Of a stretch of DNA of 64,000 bases, positions 25,493 to 38,949 are shown piece by piece. Location of the stretch: NCBI GenBank assembly GCA_964304625.1, contig OZ199840.1:8973306-9037305 (forward strand). The letters are read 5' to 3'. The position numbers and the translations under genes are program-made. This DNA comes from Kudoa neothunni. Lineage: Eukaryota > Animalia > Cnidaria. Position 1 is the first letter of the stretch, and each line of letters starts with the position of its first letter. The notes under the pieces are model-generated. The model saw nothing but the letters and a program-made list of their open reading frames with translations. It ran no database searches and was not told the DNA's origin.

Positions 25493-27799
25493 GTTTTCAA
25501 TCACATCATATGTTTAAATCAGGTATAACACAATCGGTACAGTAAATATTATGCTGAATAACATATAAGGTATATCATACAATGTGTAATCGTTTTTGAA
25601 CACTTTTTGTGAATTTATTTAATTATGACTCTAAATATCTCCAATGTTTATATAAACAAATATATTAAATATTACGGTAATTTTGATTCAAATAATGGGC
25701 TGTAAATGATGTAAAATGCGTAACTTAAATCACGTGACTTATTGATTTTGCACACTTTTTTCCAACCATTCTATTGATCAATGTAGCGTTATTCGCTGAA
25801 AAATTAGAACTTTGGAGATAGCGAAGATAAAAATACAACATTGTTTGAAGAAAAATACGAAATAATGAAATACTTCAAAAATCTTCCATAAATTAACGAT
25901 AAAATAGTTGCTGTGAGACATTTCATCATATCAATTATAGAAGTCCTAAATGACCTCTGAAGAAAAAAGAACTAAATTTTCTCTCTAATTCGAAAAAATT
26001 AATATCGTTTTCGATCATTTTTAGAATTGGAAATTGATTCGTATATGTCCTATTTTTGTCAAAATATGACAAAAACCAAAATTAGTGATTTTTTCAAAAA
26101 TTGAAACTAGCAATTTTATTCCTAAATTCCAAACACAAGGGAATATATAATTATTATGCGCCTGCGCGAAAATATGAGAAATTGATTCTGGATCGATTTT
26201 ACACACTTTTTTCATGGTTGGGGAGGGATTGTGCAAAATCAATTACCTACTGTATGATATAATGTGTAAGTTTGCGAATAAGCTTTGAAGAAATATTCTC
26301 ATAGGAAATTAAAAATAAGTCAAGTTGTTTATTATTTAAAAAGTTTTTAAATTGCCAACATGTAATTGGAAAAACAATGCATTTAATACATTAATTCTGA
26401 GATCGGCAATAACGAGCTAGCGGACCAAATTTTTCCCGGGAGATTTACTCATCAACCCTGCGATGGGGATCAGTGATATAGTTTATTATTTTCTGTTAGA
26501 CAGAATTTGTATTATTTTCCTAATTTTCCTAATTGATCTTTTCAATATGTAAAAACACTTTATAGCAATATAAATGAAATTAAATATTAAGCTACCTTTT
26601 TATAAATATACATTTGTCAAAAAACAAAATAAATCCCCAAATCAGATTTCATACTTATTTTTACTTAATGTGATATATGGAAACGTTTAGTTATCGTTTT
26701 TAACGCTTTAGAATAATCATTTAAGTATACGAAATATTAAATCCAATATAATATTTTTGAAAATCAATTATATAAAACTAACCATTTCCTCATAAAAATG
26801 TCAAACTGTCGTTATTTTTTTAGCAATCCAATGGAAATATATTCTTTTAAAGTTCAAAATTTTAATTTTACTAAGCTAATTTTCAATTATTTTCCGAGAA
26901 AGTCATTACATTTAAAGATTTATATAGATTTATATATATTCTGACCCACCTTCTTTCTGACTTAGCACGCATGAATAACCGAATAACCGGCGGGGCAATC
27001 TAATGGGGTTTCCGACCCCTACACTAATTAATAAGTATTGAATCATTTATATCATGTTTTCTTACAATTTTAGATTGTAAAACTAATATTGTATGAAGAT
27101 GAGAGATGTAAAATTTAATTCATAATTTTTAAATAGAGAAAATATTTTTCGTAGTTGTATTTTGTAGAATTTTCGATTAATTTCTATGTAAAATATAAAT
27201 TAATAAATGAAAATATCGTTAAAATATTTCATTTATATTAAGCGATAATATCGTTATGAAATTAGAATCAGAATTCAGAAAAATAGAGTATATGAAGCAG
27301 TTTCTTTAAATAATTTACACTATAAATAATTTTATATTGAGAAATTTATACGAATAATTTTATAATTATTAAATTTTAATATATTTAATAATTTGAGTTA
27401 CTTTTTAGAAAAGACTCCTTCTTTATTTTTTTATTATTTCGTAATAATCATTTTGCTTTCGAAAATTTATTGGAAAATTTATTTAATGATCCCTCTCATA
27501 ATTCAAAAGGATGTGATGAACATATACTACATAAATGGGTGTAAAAACTTGATCTCGTGACTTTATGATTCAAGACTCCACATCTCACCGCATCTGCCCA
27601 AAGTACGTTAAAAAGTTATTAGTCTTATTCTGACGAAAACCAGTAATTCACCTGAAGTACTTTACCATGTAAACAAAAATTTATTTTTTCTAATAATATC
27701 AAATCAATCTCATTTTTAGTTATGCTGGATAAAATAATAAATAAAAACAATTTTCAAATAAATTGCTAATAAATAGCAAATAAATCAGTTGAACGTATT

Positions 27800-28906
27800 T
27801 CAAATGACATTGCTGGGCGGTTTAGTGGCCTCATGAACCGCAACAATCCCATTGGCCCAATTTTGGTATATTACATTGTGGAAGTTGTTAGCCTCTAGCA
27901 ACCTACACAGCTCATCCTGTGTATAAAACATTTGGATGCTTTCCACAAGATATTGATAAGAATCTCGATCATTGGCTACAATTTTCCCCATCAAAGGTAT
28001 CACATTATTGCTATAGAATTTGTACAAACTAAATTAATGGTTAGAGATTAAAAAATTGAGCATAATCTTAAAAATTAACCCGGAAACCATGAAATTGGTT
28101 GGATGAGAGAACTCAAGTATGAGCAATCTACCGTTGGGTTTTAGGACTCGATTCAGTTCTTTAAGCACCTTAAAAATAAATATAAATTAATAAATTAACA
28201 GAATACAACTACTGTGGGGACATTAGACATATTTCTTAGTCCAAAAGAGACAGTAACTGTGTGAAAAGTATTGTCGGCAAACGGCATCTGTTCGGCATTG
28301 GATATCACCCAATCAATTCCAGCCTCATTCAGTTTAAGTTCTTTCATTCGATATTTACCATATTCAATCATTTTCTCTGACACATCACACACAGTGACAA
28401 TAGGGGATGAATCATGAGAGTTGTTGGATAGAAATCCCTTGTACATGTCTTGGGTTGTGTTGGCATCATTAAGAATTTTGAGAGCCAAACGATCAACAAT
28501 TCTAAATGCAATATCACCTAAAATAATTAAAATAGAAAATCCGCATACATAATAAATTAAATCACCTGTCCCCCCTGCAAGATCCAAAATTTTCTGCCCA
28601 AATTGTGGATCAACAACCTCATTAACAAAAGTATTTTTCCATATACGATGAACACCAAGCGACATAAAATCATTCATTGTATCATAATACGTGGATACTT
28701 TATTAAATAATCGATTCACTAGATTTAATCCAATAAAAACAAAGGGCTGTATTAATTATACCCATTTGTTGACGCTCGCCCTTTTTAACAGACCTATACC
28801 CGAAATATTCATTCGAATCGGGCGATGGATGTGTATTTGTGCACATTAAGCGATATTTGTTTTCAAATTTTAAATTTCTAGATTTCGAAGCAACTCGTGA
28901 TAGCAT
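27800..28906 (-). CDS. COQ5: Mitochondrial ubiquinone biosynthesis C-methyltransferase (COQ5/UbiE)
   Basis: Exons 28906-28762, 28718-28566, 28517-28213, 28168-28080 and 28028-27800 are in frame. Motifs YDTMNDFMSLGVHRIWK, LDLAGGTGDIAFRI, SFGLRNM, RVLKPNGRLLILEFS and SYQYLVESI; basic N-terminal presequence. Confidence 0.96.
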
Positions 28907-29723
28907 TTGATTTGTAATCCGCGCTTGCGCAGTGTAGTGATTGAAAAATACTTTTGCTGTTCTTAATTTTATTTCTCACCAAAATGGTTAAATAATATAA
29001 TTTATCACTAAGATAAATAGTGGAGAACACTTTTTACGAATAAAATTATTGTGTATTTTTTTAAAAATATGTTGGAAAAAAATTTAACGTAAAGTAATTT
29101 TATAAAAAGGATTGAGATATACCCACAGAAAACTTATTGTTGAATAATTATAAAATTATCCAGATCATCCATTAATTCTAGTAAACGATACAATGACCTC
29201 CAGGTAATCACTGATATTTTATTGGCGGTAAAATATTCACAAATACTAATAAAAAAAAGAAATGACTGTTGGTACGGTAAATATTATTCAGGTGGCATTA
29301 GTTTTGACTACATTTAGTTATTCTAGGCTATTAAGAACGAAAAAGTGAGTCAGAAATATGTAATTTAGCAGAATCTACGAAAATAAATTTGTATATAGTT
29401 GGTTAGTAGGAATTTTAATGATTTAAAATATTCATCTCTCAACCATGCATGCTATTTAGGACAAGATGTCAAATGAGACTATGGGAAAAAATCCAAGGTT
29501 GAACTCTTAAAAACTCCAAGGTTTGGTGAAGAAACCACAATAATTTTATTAGAATAATGAAATTTTTATTTTAAACGCGTTTTCTAATTATTGTCGTCAA
29601 TCTATTCGACTTCATCGTATTCACAATCCTCAGTTAGGAAGTTTGATCTATTTTTTCAAGCGCTCAAGGTATCGTTGGCTCACGTCATACATTAGTTTAT
29701 TTGTTGGATGAGACGTCAAACAC

Positions 29724-29724
29724 C

Positions 29725-29755
<31 letters not shown>

Positions 29756-29766
29756 GTTATTATTAC
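29724..29766. repeat. (TTA)n microsatellite
   Basis: About 14 tandem TTA units read directly. Confidence 0.9.
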
Positions 29767-29850
29767 TTCTGATTAATTGATCTGTGAGAAGTTTATATTT
29801 TAGAGTTTCAACCTTTAATGGGTTTGTTTAGTTTATACTGCTTTCATTAA

Positions 29851-30881
29851 CCCTTTAAGAATTTTGGGGTGTAAGTCACCCCCAAACAAGTATTAATCCT
29901 ATCATATATTCTTTCATTGTTTTTAATGTGTATGAAATTATTGCTATAAATATAAATTTTAAATAAAATTTATGAGTGTTGGGTTTTTAATAAAAATATA
30001 GGAAGTTATTAAAAATTAAAAAAACACCCTCCAAAGTTTTTGGAATGAAATTCATCCCGGCATAATTTTTACTTAATTATTCATCCAAAAATGTGTTTAT
30101 TGATCAAAATGAATTCAATCTTAGCTGGTTTTATTAAAAAAATAAATTCAGTTAGAAATTATAATAAAATACACCGTAGTTACATATTTTCCTTTTGTAC
30201 GTTACCGATGAATTAATGACTTATGTCGTATAATGTTTTACGAATAAGTTTATCACAATTTCTTAGTTAAATTGACTTAACAAAACTCTAAGGTTAATTT
30301 CACCCCAATTTCTTCGGAGATAGTTTACTTTTTGATACATTATAGCAGATTCTCAACAGTTTTTTCAAATTTACCCCCTTAACTTGGAAGCCAAATTCAT
30401 ATTTATCCTAAGGTTTTACGAAAGTTAAGCTATAGCAGAAGCTACTTGAGGGGTAAATTCTGATCCTAAATAACACGTAAGCTTGCATAATGATAATTTT
30501 TAATCCTATCAACTCTTACCCACAAACTGTACACAGATTTAATTTTTTAGATTTCGCTAAACAAAATTGTTTCTTTCCAAATCCTCCATTCTAAGAGACT
30601 TGAATAATTAAAAATAGTTAAAACTAATGTCATTTGAATATTATTATTTTTTTTATTAGGTTACACCACTAAAAGATAAATGTGATATAAAACAAAGAGA
30701 CAGAATATTTTTATAGGTAGCTGTTAAAAAAAATTTAAATAATTATTACTTAATTATTATTGAGTTTATAGCCTTGAATAATATGATTACTTCGAAATCG
30801 GGAAGTACGTCACAAACCCGTATTCCAGAAATTCTCCCTATCTAATTTTGATGTTATTTAATTTACCCCTAAATTCGAGGG
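29851..30881. mobile_element. Non-autonomous piggyBac-type element (MITE), ~1.03 kb
   Basis: TTAA|CCCTTTAAGAATTTTGGGGT ... ACCCCTAAATTCGAGGG|TTAA: imperfect TIRs with CCC/GGG ends, TTAA on both sides, no ORF. Confidence 0.65.
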
Positions 30882-32577
30882 TTAATGAAAAAATTCGTTA
30901 AACATTTTCAGTTTCTGGAATTTTTGTCTTTAGCATATTGCTCAAATTAATCTTTAAAATCATCTACTTTTAACCTATCTTGATTGAAGCGCATATTATC
31001 CCACGGATACTTTTCAATAATATAAATCAATGACTTCAAGATAAGTTATTAAAAAAACTAGAAAATTTTATGATACAATTGAAATACCTAAACACAATCA
31101 CAGAATAATAAGAAAAATTGGTTAAATAACAATTATCCAAGGGTTGGAATACAGCGCGTTGCCTCCGATCATGAGACCTTTTTTAAATTTCGAATAATTA
31201 TAATTCTCTTCATTATTAAAACAATAAATATGATTATTTTGTCTAATTCTAAAACTTCTTATTTAAAACCAATCTCAAAGGATTCAATAATCTACAAGTT
31301 TTGTAAATAAATAAAAAACCCCCCAAGAACCCAAGGTTATTCGAAAAATCCCAAGATCTTAGGGTAAACCCCAACGTTTGGACGCCCTGGTTTAGGAAAA
31401 TAATTTAGTGTGATAAAGAAGTTTCATGTTCTGTCATATCTATTAATAGTTTATATACAATAATTATAACATTTTATAATCGGCACATTCTTTCGTAATG
31501 AACGTATGAAAAATAAATATAATATTTCAACAGAAATACGTATTATTAAAAAAGGATCATTCCACATTACCGACTCTACAACAAAAACCGCTATATCATA
31601 TGACTAATGGCGAAAATATTTGAACTTGATATATTATTAAAATCGAAATTACTAAATAAATAGATTTTAAAAGTATTAGTTGCCTATTGTAGATTCATAT
31701 ATTCAAATAGTATTATACTAAAAAAGAGTGTAGATTGGAACGTGAGTAAACCGGGTACTGACTATATTATATTAAAAAATTTCTTTATGAATGTTTCTGA
31801 TTAAAAAACGGAAAATTAATAAAAATGTCGATTTTAGACTTTATAGTACAGAGACGTGTTGTCAATTGATCGCGATTTTTATAAAAAAATTTAACAGAAC
31901 GTTATTTATTTATTTAAAAAATAATATTATGTTAATTCATAGGTTAGAAACTTTAGTTTCCCATTTTCTAATAGGGATTTGACTCCTAATATTTAAAAGG
32001 ATCAAATGACAATTTTTTAGAGCCATCGGCATAATTCAGTTAGGGGTTAATTGTTAAAAATTCGAACGAATTTTTTTCATTTAAAAATAAATTTCTATCT
32101 TTGGGGAAGGAAATAATGGATGTATTATTTTTTTCCAATTTAATAATCCATTATGACTGGTACTGTTCAATTACTAATCAACAACCCTATATTTTAGACT
32201 TTTACATTTAGAGTCTGAAAACGAAGCCACTCACTCCATCGTTACTTATTATCAAATCAAAACTAACTCTCACCTCGGAATTAACCACGCAAATCCAAAT
32301 TATTAATACACTTTTAGTAGTCATTTTTTACTGAATTATATAAAAATATATTTAAAAATAACTCGATTTATAAGAAATTAAACTTTATTTAATGATAAAT
32401 AGAACAAACTGTTATTTGTCTACTTCACAAAAACTCGTAGAGCTAAAGCGAGATGACGAATATCTAATTAGAAAATGCATGCAACTATACTTGATAACGA
32501 CTCCGCACTTATAGACCATTAGGATAATATTAATAAAAAATTAATTGGTTTAGATCAAATAATAACACGATCTAACT

Positions 32578-33483
32578 TTATTCAAATTCTAAATTATCAT
32601 TTCTCTTTTTTATTAGTTTATAGATTATGACGAATAATATTATTGCCCCAACTACTGAGGCGATTACAATCCCCGCAATAGCGCCAGCAGAAAGAGGCTT
32701 TGTGTCTTTATTTTCATCGGTTACTTCCTTATCAGGGGATTTCGTACTCGTTTCATCTCCTCCAGTTTTATCAGATTGAGTTGTATCAGAGGGACTGGTT
32801 TCTTTGTCTGGAGTAGTGATCGTTTCTTCAGTAGTAATAGTGGTTAGAGTAGTAACAATAGTCGGAATAGTAACAGTGGTTGGAGTAGTAACAGTGGTTG
32901 GAGTAGTAACAGTGGTTGGAGTAGTAACAGTGGTTGGAGTAGTAACAGTGGTTGGAGTAGTAACAGTGGTCGGAGTAGTAACAGTGGTTGGAGTAGTATC
33001 AGTAGTGGAAATTTCGTCGGTTGAACCTAAGGGAATATACTCGATGATATGGACAGGAGTATACACGTTCATACCATGGAAAGTTTCGCCTGTGTTACTA
33101 ATGGAATTTGCTGCCTCAATATCATTATCCAAAATCCTCTCATGTTTTGGAATAAGCCCAATAAATATATTAGTGGGGGTGGTTTCGGTCAGGTTGTTCT
33201 TCTTGGTTATCATTGAAGCTACTTCCTCATTATCGGTACTAGCTGATTGCTAATTATTTATATGGTTCCAATTAGATTTTGATATCAGCTATTGTATTTG
33301 TTAAGTTTGATTGTATTACCTTAACATCGTGAGTTATTTTGTAATTATTTGTTTGGTCTGGATTGTTGGGAATTTTGGCTAGAGCGATACTCTATTTAAC
33401 TATTATTAAGGAATCAAAATAAAGTATACAGTAAATTTTTCTTTTTGAAGAATCAAAAGAAAGCATATAATCACTGTAATCAT
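32578..33483 (-). CDS. Mucin-like Thr-rich type-I membrane protein
   Basis: Exons 33483-33430, 33391-33320 and 33249-32578 (phase-0 introns). Hydrophobic N-terminus MITVIICFLLIL, (TTPTTV)n, TM AIAGIVIASVVGAIILFVIIY and short tail KLIKKRNDNLEFE. Confidence 0.85.
32850..32998. repeat. 18-bp coding minisatellite (GGTTGGAGTAGTAACAGT)n
   Basis: About 7-8 near-identical units encoding TTPTTV on the minus strand. Confidence 0.95.
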
Positions 33484-34075
33484 TTTATGATGGCTTACGT
33501 ACTAATCGTAGAGTGTAAGAAACCCTAAGACAACAAATAATCCTCCTACGAGTAGATTGAAGTACACCCAAAAAATTTTCGCACCTTTGAGAAATTTTTA
33601 ATTGCAAAACGGAATCCGATGTAAACATTTAACTAATATTTTAAATAAAATATGGGCTTAAAAGGGGAATATTTTAAAGGCCAGGTTTTAAAAAATGTCA
33701 TCCAACGTAAAAACACCTGTGTGAGCTTATATTATTATGCTCTCCCATAAAGATCATCTTTTCATCTATCTTTTGAATGTTAATCACACATTCATTTTAT
33801 ATAATGAAAATAATTTGATTAAAGTTTCATTTTAAGATATATTTCTATGGAGAGGAAAATTAAAACGAGGTCAATAATGCGATTAAAATTTCTACTCTCT
33901 AAGAATGTTCTGAGTAATGTCAATAAATTGATTTACTATTTGATCACTCCAAAATCTATCAATGTGAAACTTTCAAAAATATATAAGAATGATGGTTCTA
34001 CTAGAAGTGAGTCTTAACTTGATAGAATTTTGGACAATTATGTTATTCTGAATGGATTACTCGAAATAAAAAATA

Positions 34076-37072
34076 GGAAGTGGCTGTATCTCAGGTAACT
34101 GATAATCCGGTCGGCCTCAGGCTATATCTCAGATAATCAATATCTCTAAAACCACTCAATATTGTATGCCCATATTCCACATATCATCTAATGTTTATCT
34201 AACTTAATTTTTCGTAAAGCTTTGAAAAATTAAAAAAAAATATATTTTTTCTTTGTGTGACCATACACAAATCCAACAGCAGCTGGGCACGATTTTTTAT
34301 TTTTTTAATATAATTTCATCAATTAGCATCATTATACACAAAATACAGAAATAATAATAAATTTCTGAGTTATCTGTAACTTGAGAGCGCAATTTTTCTT
34401 TCTAAATTAGCTTGGCACAGAATGAGTTCAAATATGTTTGCGATTGGAAAACGATTTCATTCTTTCGAAGAACTCGATAATGCTATAAAAAATTACGAAG
34501 AGTCAAACTTATGCAATCTTTATAAATATCAAGCGAGGGCTATTTCGAATATTCGAAATAGAATTACAAAATCAATTAACCAATCTCTGCGGTATTATGA
34601 AATTACATATCGTTGTATTTTCAGTGGCATGAATAAAACAAAATCCGATGGAATTAGAAAGAAACCGGTATTAATGGGAAACTGCCCCGTGGTTTTATCT
34701 CTTAGGACCTCTGTTGATGGTGTAGCACTTGAAGTACGTTCTGGTATATTAGAACATAATCATGATTTAAGTTCAGTGCTATATCGAAATCTCCCAAAAC
34801 AACGAAAAATTGACCTAAATGACCCAAATCTCGTGGAATTAATTCACTTTAAGGTCAATAAAAAATTAATTCAAAGTAAAATTTACAACGAAACGGGTAA
34901 AAACATCCGTTTGAAGTCCATCCACAATATTAGAGCAAACAAAGACTCATTCTGTGAAAACCTATATGTAATAGAGAAAATGTTGAAAGAAGATTTCAAT
35001 TGTTGCGTTAAGATTTTATATGATAAACATAAAGTCGTTAATTGTTAATGGAATTTTTTTCGCTGACGACCAAATGAAATCATTTTTGGAATTTTATCCT
35101 GAGGTTATGTTCATTGATGCAACTTATAAACTCCTTAATTCGGGGTAACTTTTGCAAATGGATGAATAATTTTATAATATTAGGGCTCCGTTATACATAT
35201 ATTCTGGGGAGGTTCTTTTGATTTGACTCATATTTCGAGTGCCTGCATTCTCTACGAAGAGACGGAAGATTCCATCCAATGGTTTTGTAATACTTTGGCA
35301 GAATTGATACCAAACTTATCAAAAAATGTACATACCATTGTTACAGACAAGGATGAAAAGCTAAGAAAATGTCTCAAATTAAGTTTTCCACAATCATCAT
35401 CCATTTTATGTAAATTTCATGTGAATCAAATTTTTCAAAGACATCGCCGTTAACAAATTTGAAATATTTTCTACTAAAAGACAAGAGATTTTAAGTTGTT
35501 TACAAAAAATGATGTACCCGACTGACTACAATAAATATTTACATTACGTTGACCAGATTCACGATTTTAAAAATCCCAAATTAAGTGAATACTTCAAAAG
35601 AAATTGGGAAGAAATATACAATGAATGGGTTATTGGTATTAGCAACACGAAAAATTTTTACGACAACGAATCCAATAATCGCCTTGAGGTAATAAATTCC
35701 AAAATTAAAAGTGTTGTCCAAAAATTCAGCTCGTTGGACAACTTCATCCAAGGTTTTTTTTAAATTCTAAGTTCACTTAGAATTGAAAGGGAAGTTTCTT
35801 CAATTGGTCAACTGTATTATGAATCAAACGAGATTCTCAACAACAAGCAGGTTCTACACTATAAAGAATGTCTGACGAAGTATGCGTTTATCATGCTTCA
35901 AAAAGAACATAAATTCTTGAACAATGCTGCATTATCCTCTAACTCAAATGAAACCACAAGTCGATCAACGTGTCTTTGTTTATTTTATCGCTCATTTTCA
36001 TTACCATGTCGCCATATTCTAAGCTATAGGTTATCAGAAAAACTTCCGTTATTCTGTGAAACATTGTGCAATGATCGATGGAGAAAGGCATATGGAATGA
36101 AGTTTTTAAATGCGGAATCTACAACTCAAAATAATACAGAAATTCTTCCTACTGTTGTTCTTGAAAAAAAAATTAACATAAAGACATTTGGACAAAAGTT
36201 GAAGTACGTGTCAAATTTTACAACCAAACTAGCCAACTTAACGTCCGAATTTTTCGAAAAATCAATAAATCTATTGGAAAAAATTATTAAAAGTCACGAT
36301 GTCATGGTTATCGATCAGTTCCTTGATACATGTGATTTTTGTTTATAAATGAAATATTAAATTTTATATAATTAAAGATGAAACTGAATTTCAAGAAAAC
36401 ATATAAAATTTATAATTTGACTTTAACTAATAAAAATTAGGGGTCATTGATAAATTTAATAGAAATATCACTTACCAAAATACCAAAACTCAATTCCAGT
36501 GATGATTTTGTTTCTCTGGAAGAACAAATTGATTGTAACGATGAATCAAACGTCATCTTATGAGAACCTCAATTAAAAGGTTAAACTTAATAAAAATATG
36601 TTAAATTTTGTTTAGATCTAGCGATTCCTTCGAAAGTTAAATCGATTGGTCGACCACGGGGAAGTCGTTTAACTGCAATCAGAATTATAAAGAAAAAGAA
36701 ATAAAATTAAATATATAAAAAAATTTAATTTTGAGAATAATTCCCTACATATGTCATATGAAAACTGTTTTATTGAGTGATCGCTTAAACCAATATTTAA
36801 ATCCATTATTATTTTATTTCATATAACGTGAAGAATATTAATTTCTTAAAAAAAGACAAACATTATTATTATTTCTATATTTTTTGTATAATGATGCTAA
36901 TTGATGAAATTATATTAAAAAAATAAAAAATCGTATCCAGCTGCTGTTGGACTTGTGTATGGTTACACAAATAAAAAATTAAGTTAGATAAACACTAGAT
37001 GATATGTGGAATATGGGAAAACATTATTGAGTAGTTTTAGAGATATTGATTACCTGAGATATTGCCACTACT
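34076..37072 (+). mobile_element. Full-length Mutator/MULE transposon with long TIRs and 9-bp TSD; transposase disrupted
   Basis: TSD TAAAAAATA at 34067-75 and 37073-81; TIRs ~34076-34360 and ~36860-37072. Transposase 34422-~36700 with FYPEVMFIDATYK, IVTDKD, LCKFH, ESNNRLE and SWIM finger CLCLFYRSFSLPCRH; internal stops and frameshifts. Confidence 0.95.
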
Positions 37073-37499
37073 TAAAAAATATGTCGTTTCAAATTATAAA
37101 TACAAAGCAGCTAAATATTCAAAATTTGTCACTCCAAATAAATATATTCTTAACTAATGTGATATGTTTTAAATTAGTTCTTCAGTTAATATAAATTCAG
37201 TCCAACATTAGCATTACCTGTCAAAATGTTTTTATTAGTGTTTAATTTCTTCGTACTTTCGTATCGCAGGAAATATTTTAGGTTGAACGTTAAATATTAC
37301 ATTTATTATATTTAATGATCAAATTTCCTTTGCTTTAACCTTTAGTTGATGAAGCATAATCTCCCGAGTAAAAATTGTTCAAAAAATATTATGAACCTTA
37401 TGGAGATGGAGATATAAACATAGTTTCTGAGTAAGCCCCTCTATCATTGCCTAAGTTTTCCCTAAAAATATGTTATAATTAGAGGTCGTAATCTTCGAC

Positions 37500-38500
37500 G
37501 ACTATTTTTAAAAATTTCGACGTTTATTTTAAAAACTAACGTAAGTGCACATAAAACTTTATTATCAAGATAATTGTCAATTAAATAAACATAAATATAC
37601 TTTTTTATAAAATTATCCCTTAGAATATAATATTCAAGGCATTCTCATTCGTTCAAACACTAGGTTCATTGTACAACTTTTTAGAAAATGCTTTAATTTT
37701 GAGAAACTTCTTCCCACGGCTGTGGATGATACCGATGTATGCATCAAATCTTGGCCTACCTTAGATAATATGAAATATTACGATTTGCTTATTCACTAAA
37801 ATCCAGGACCTAACATTTTATCTCTGTATGGAGTGAAATTTTTAACAACTCTTACTGTGGAATTTCTCGTTAATTGACGTTACCAAATTTTGGTGTATAT
37901 TTTAGATCAATTTCCTCATATTAATCTGTTTATTTGGCTATAAAATTGTCAATTCGTTTTCTTTTTCTCTACATAATAAAAATAATAATGAACGAATTAT
38001 CTCTATTGTAACCATAAAATGTAGAAATATTGAAAAAAAATCGACGTTTATTGATTTTAATCGAAAATTACAACCTCTAATTATAATCCAAAACAGATAT
38101 ATAATATAAGAAAATCTATGGGGGAAAACTATAACTATCCTATCATTAAATCATTAATCATTACTGATCTGGTTTGATATCATTCAGCAATAATCAGTAC
38201 AAATTCTTAATGACTCAACTTTAAGTTCTTATATTTCTAGCTGGTAAGAATCAACATATAAATTTTTCAGTAAACATGGTCCTACTCAAAAATACAATGA
38301 TAAGATTTGATTATTCATGGACTTGGTAACGGAGGTTACTCAATCCAAATATCCTTCATTAAATTGATCTTCCGATGAATGGGGTCGATTGATTCGTTTG
38401 CCAAGGATTACGGTATTGATAGAGGGAATTTACACCTGTATGATAAAATCATAATCAAAACCATGTGAACATTTTAATAAAGAAAATAAGCAATGTTTCT
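37500..38500 (-). mobile_element. hAT transposase remnant (C-terminal dimerisation region)
   Basis: Minus strand ~37740-37690 reads SVSSTAVGRSFSKLK, resembling the hAT motif SSAxVERSFSxLK. Boundaries approximate. Confidence 0.5.
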
Positions 38501-38949
38501 AAATATTTTAAGTCCTTTTTATATTAAAACAAAATAAAGATATGGCAGTTAAAATTTATTAGCAATCTCAGGGTATGTAACCTCCGGAAAAATCTGTGTG
38601 AATATTTTGCATTAACATGCTTAGGAAATTTATTTCATTAAAAAATAATTATAAGGATCAAAAATCGCAAGCTATATTTTAAATAAAATCTATGCCGAAT
38701 TTGAGCAAATTCGGGTGTAAGTTTTTCAGTCATAATCCAAAGATCATTAAAAATCACCAATCGAAAATAAACGCTAAAATTTGTTGTGTGTTATATATAT
38801 ATTGACTTGACCATTCATCTTTTTGACCACTTTATTCAAAAAAGTCTTATTTAATATTTAACCTCCGGATATATGGAACTTTTTACCCCTTAATTACCGA
38901 ACAATCAAAAATTTTAGATATTATAAGAATGTTTTAATAAAGAATTCGT

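Noticed and set aside
25538-26255. Possible Tc1/mariner MITE (TACAGTA...TACTGTA)
   Set aside because: The inverted match is only about 7 bp. A related end occurs at ~6241, but a full element cannot be supported.
27625-27665. CTGACGA possible hammerhead ribozyme core
   Set aside because: No properly placed GAAA or closing stems.
32850-32998. Direct repeats superficially like a CRISPR array
   Set aside because: No spacers; it is a coding tandem repeat in a eukaryotic gene.
32804-33253. 149-aa Val-rich plus-strand ORF
   Set aside because: Antisense shadow of the TTPTTV mucin repeat.
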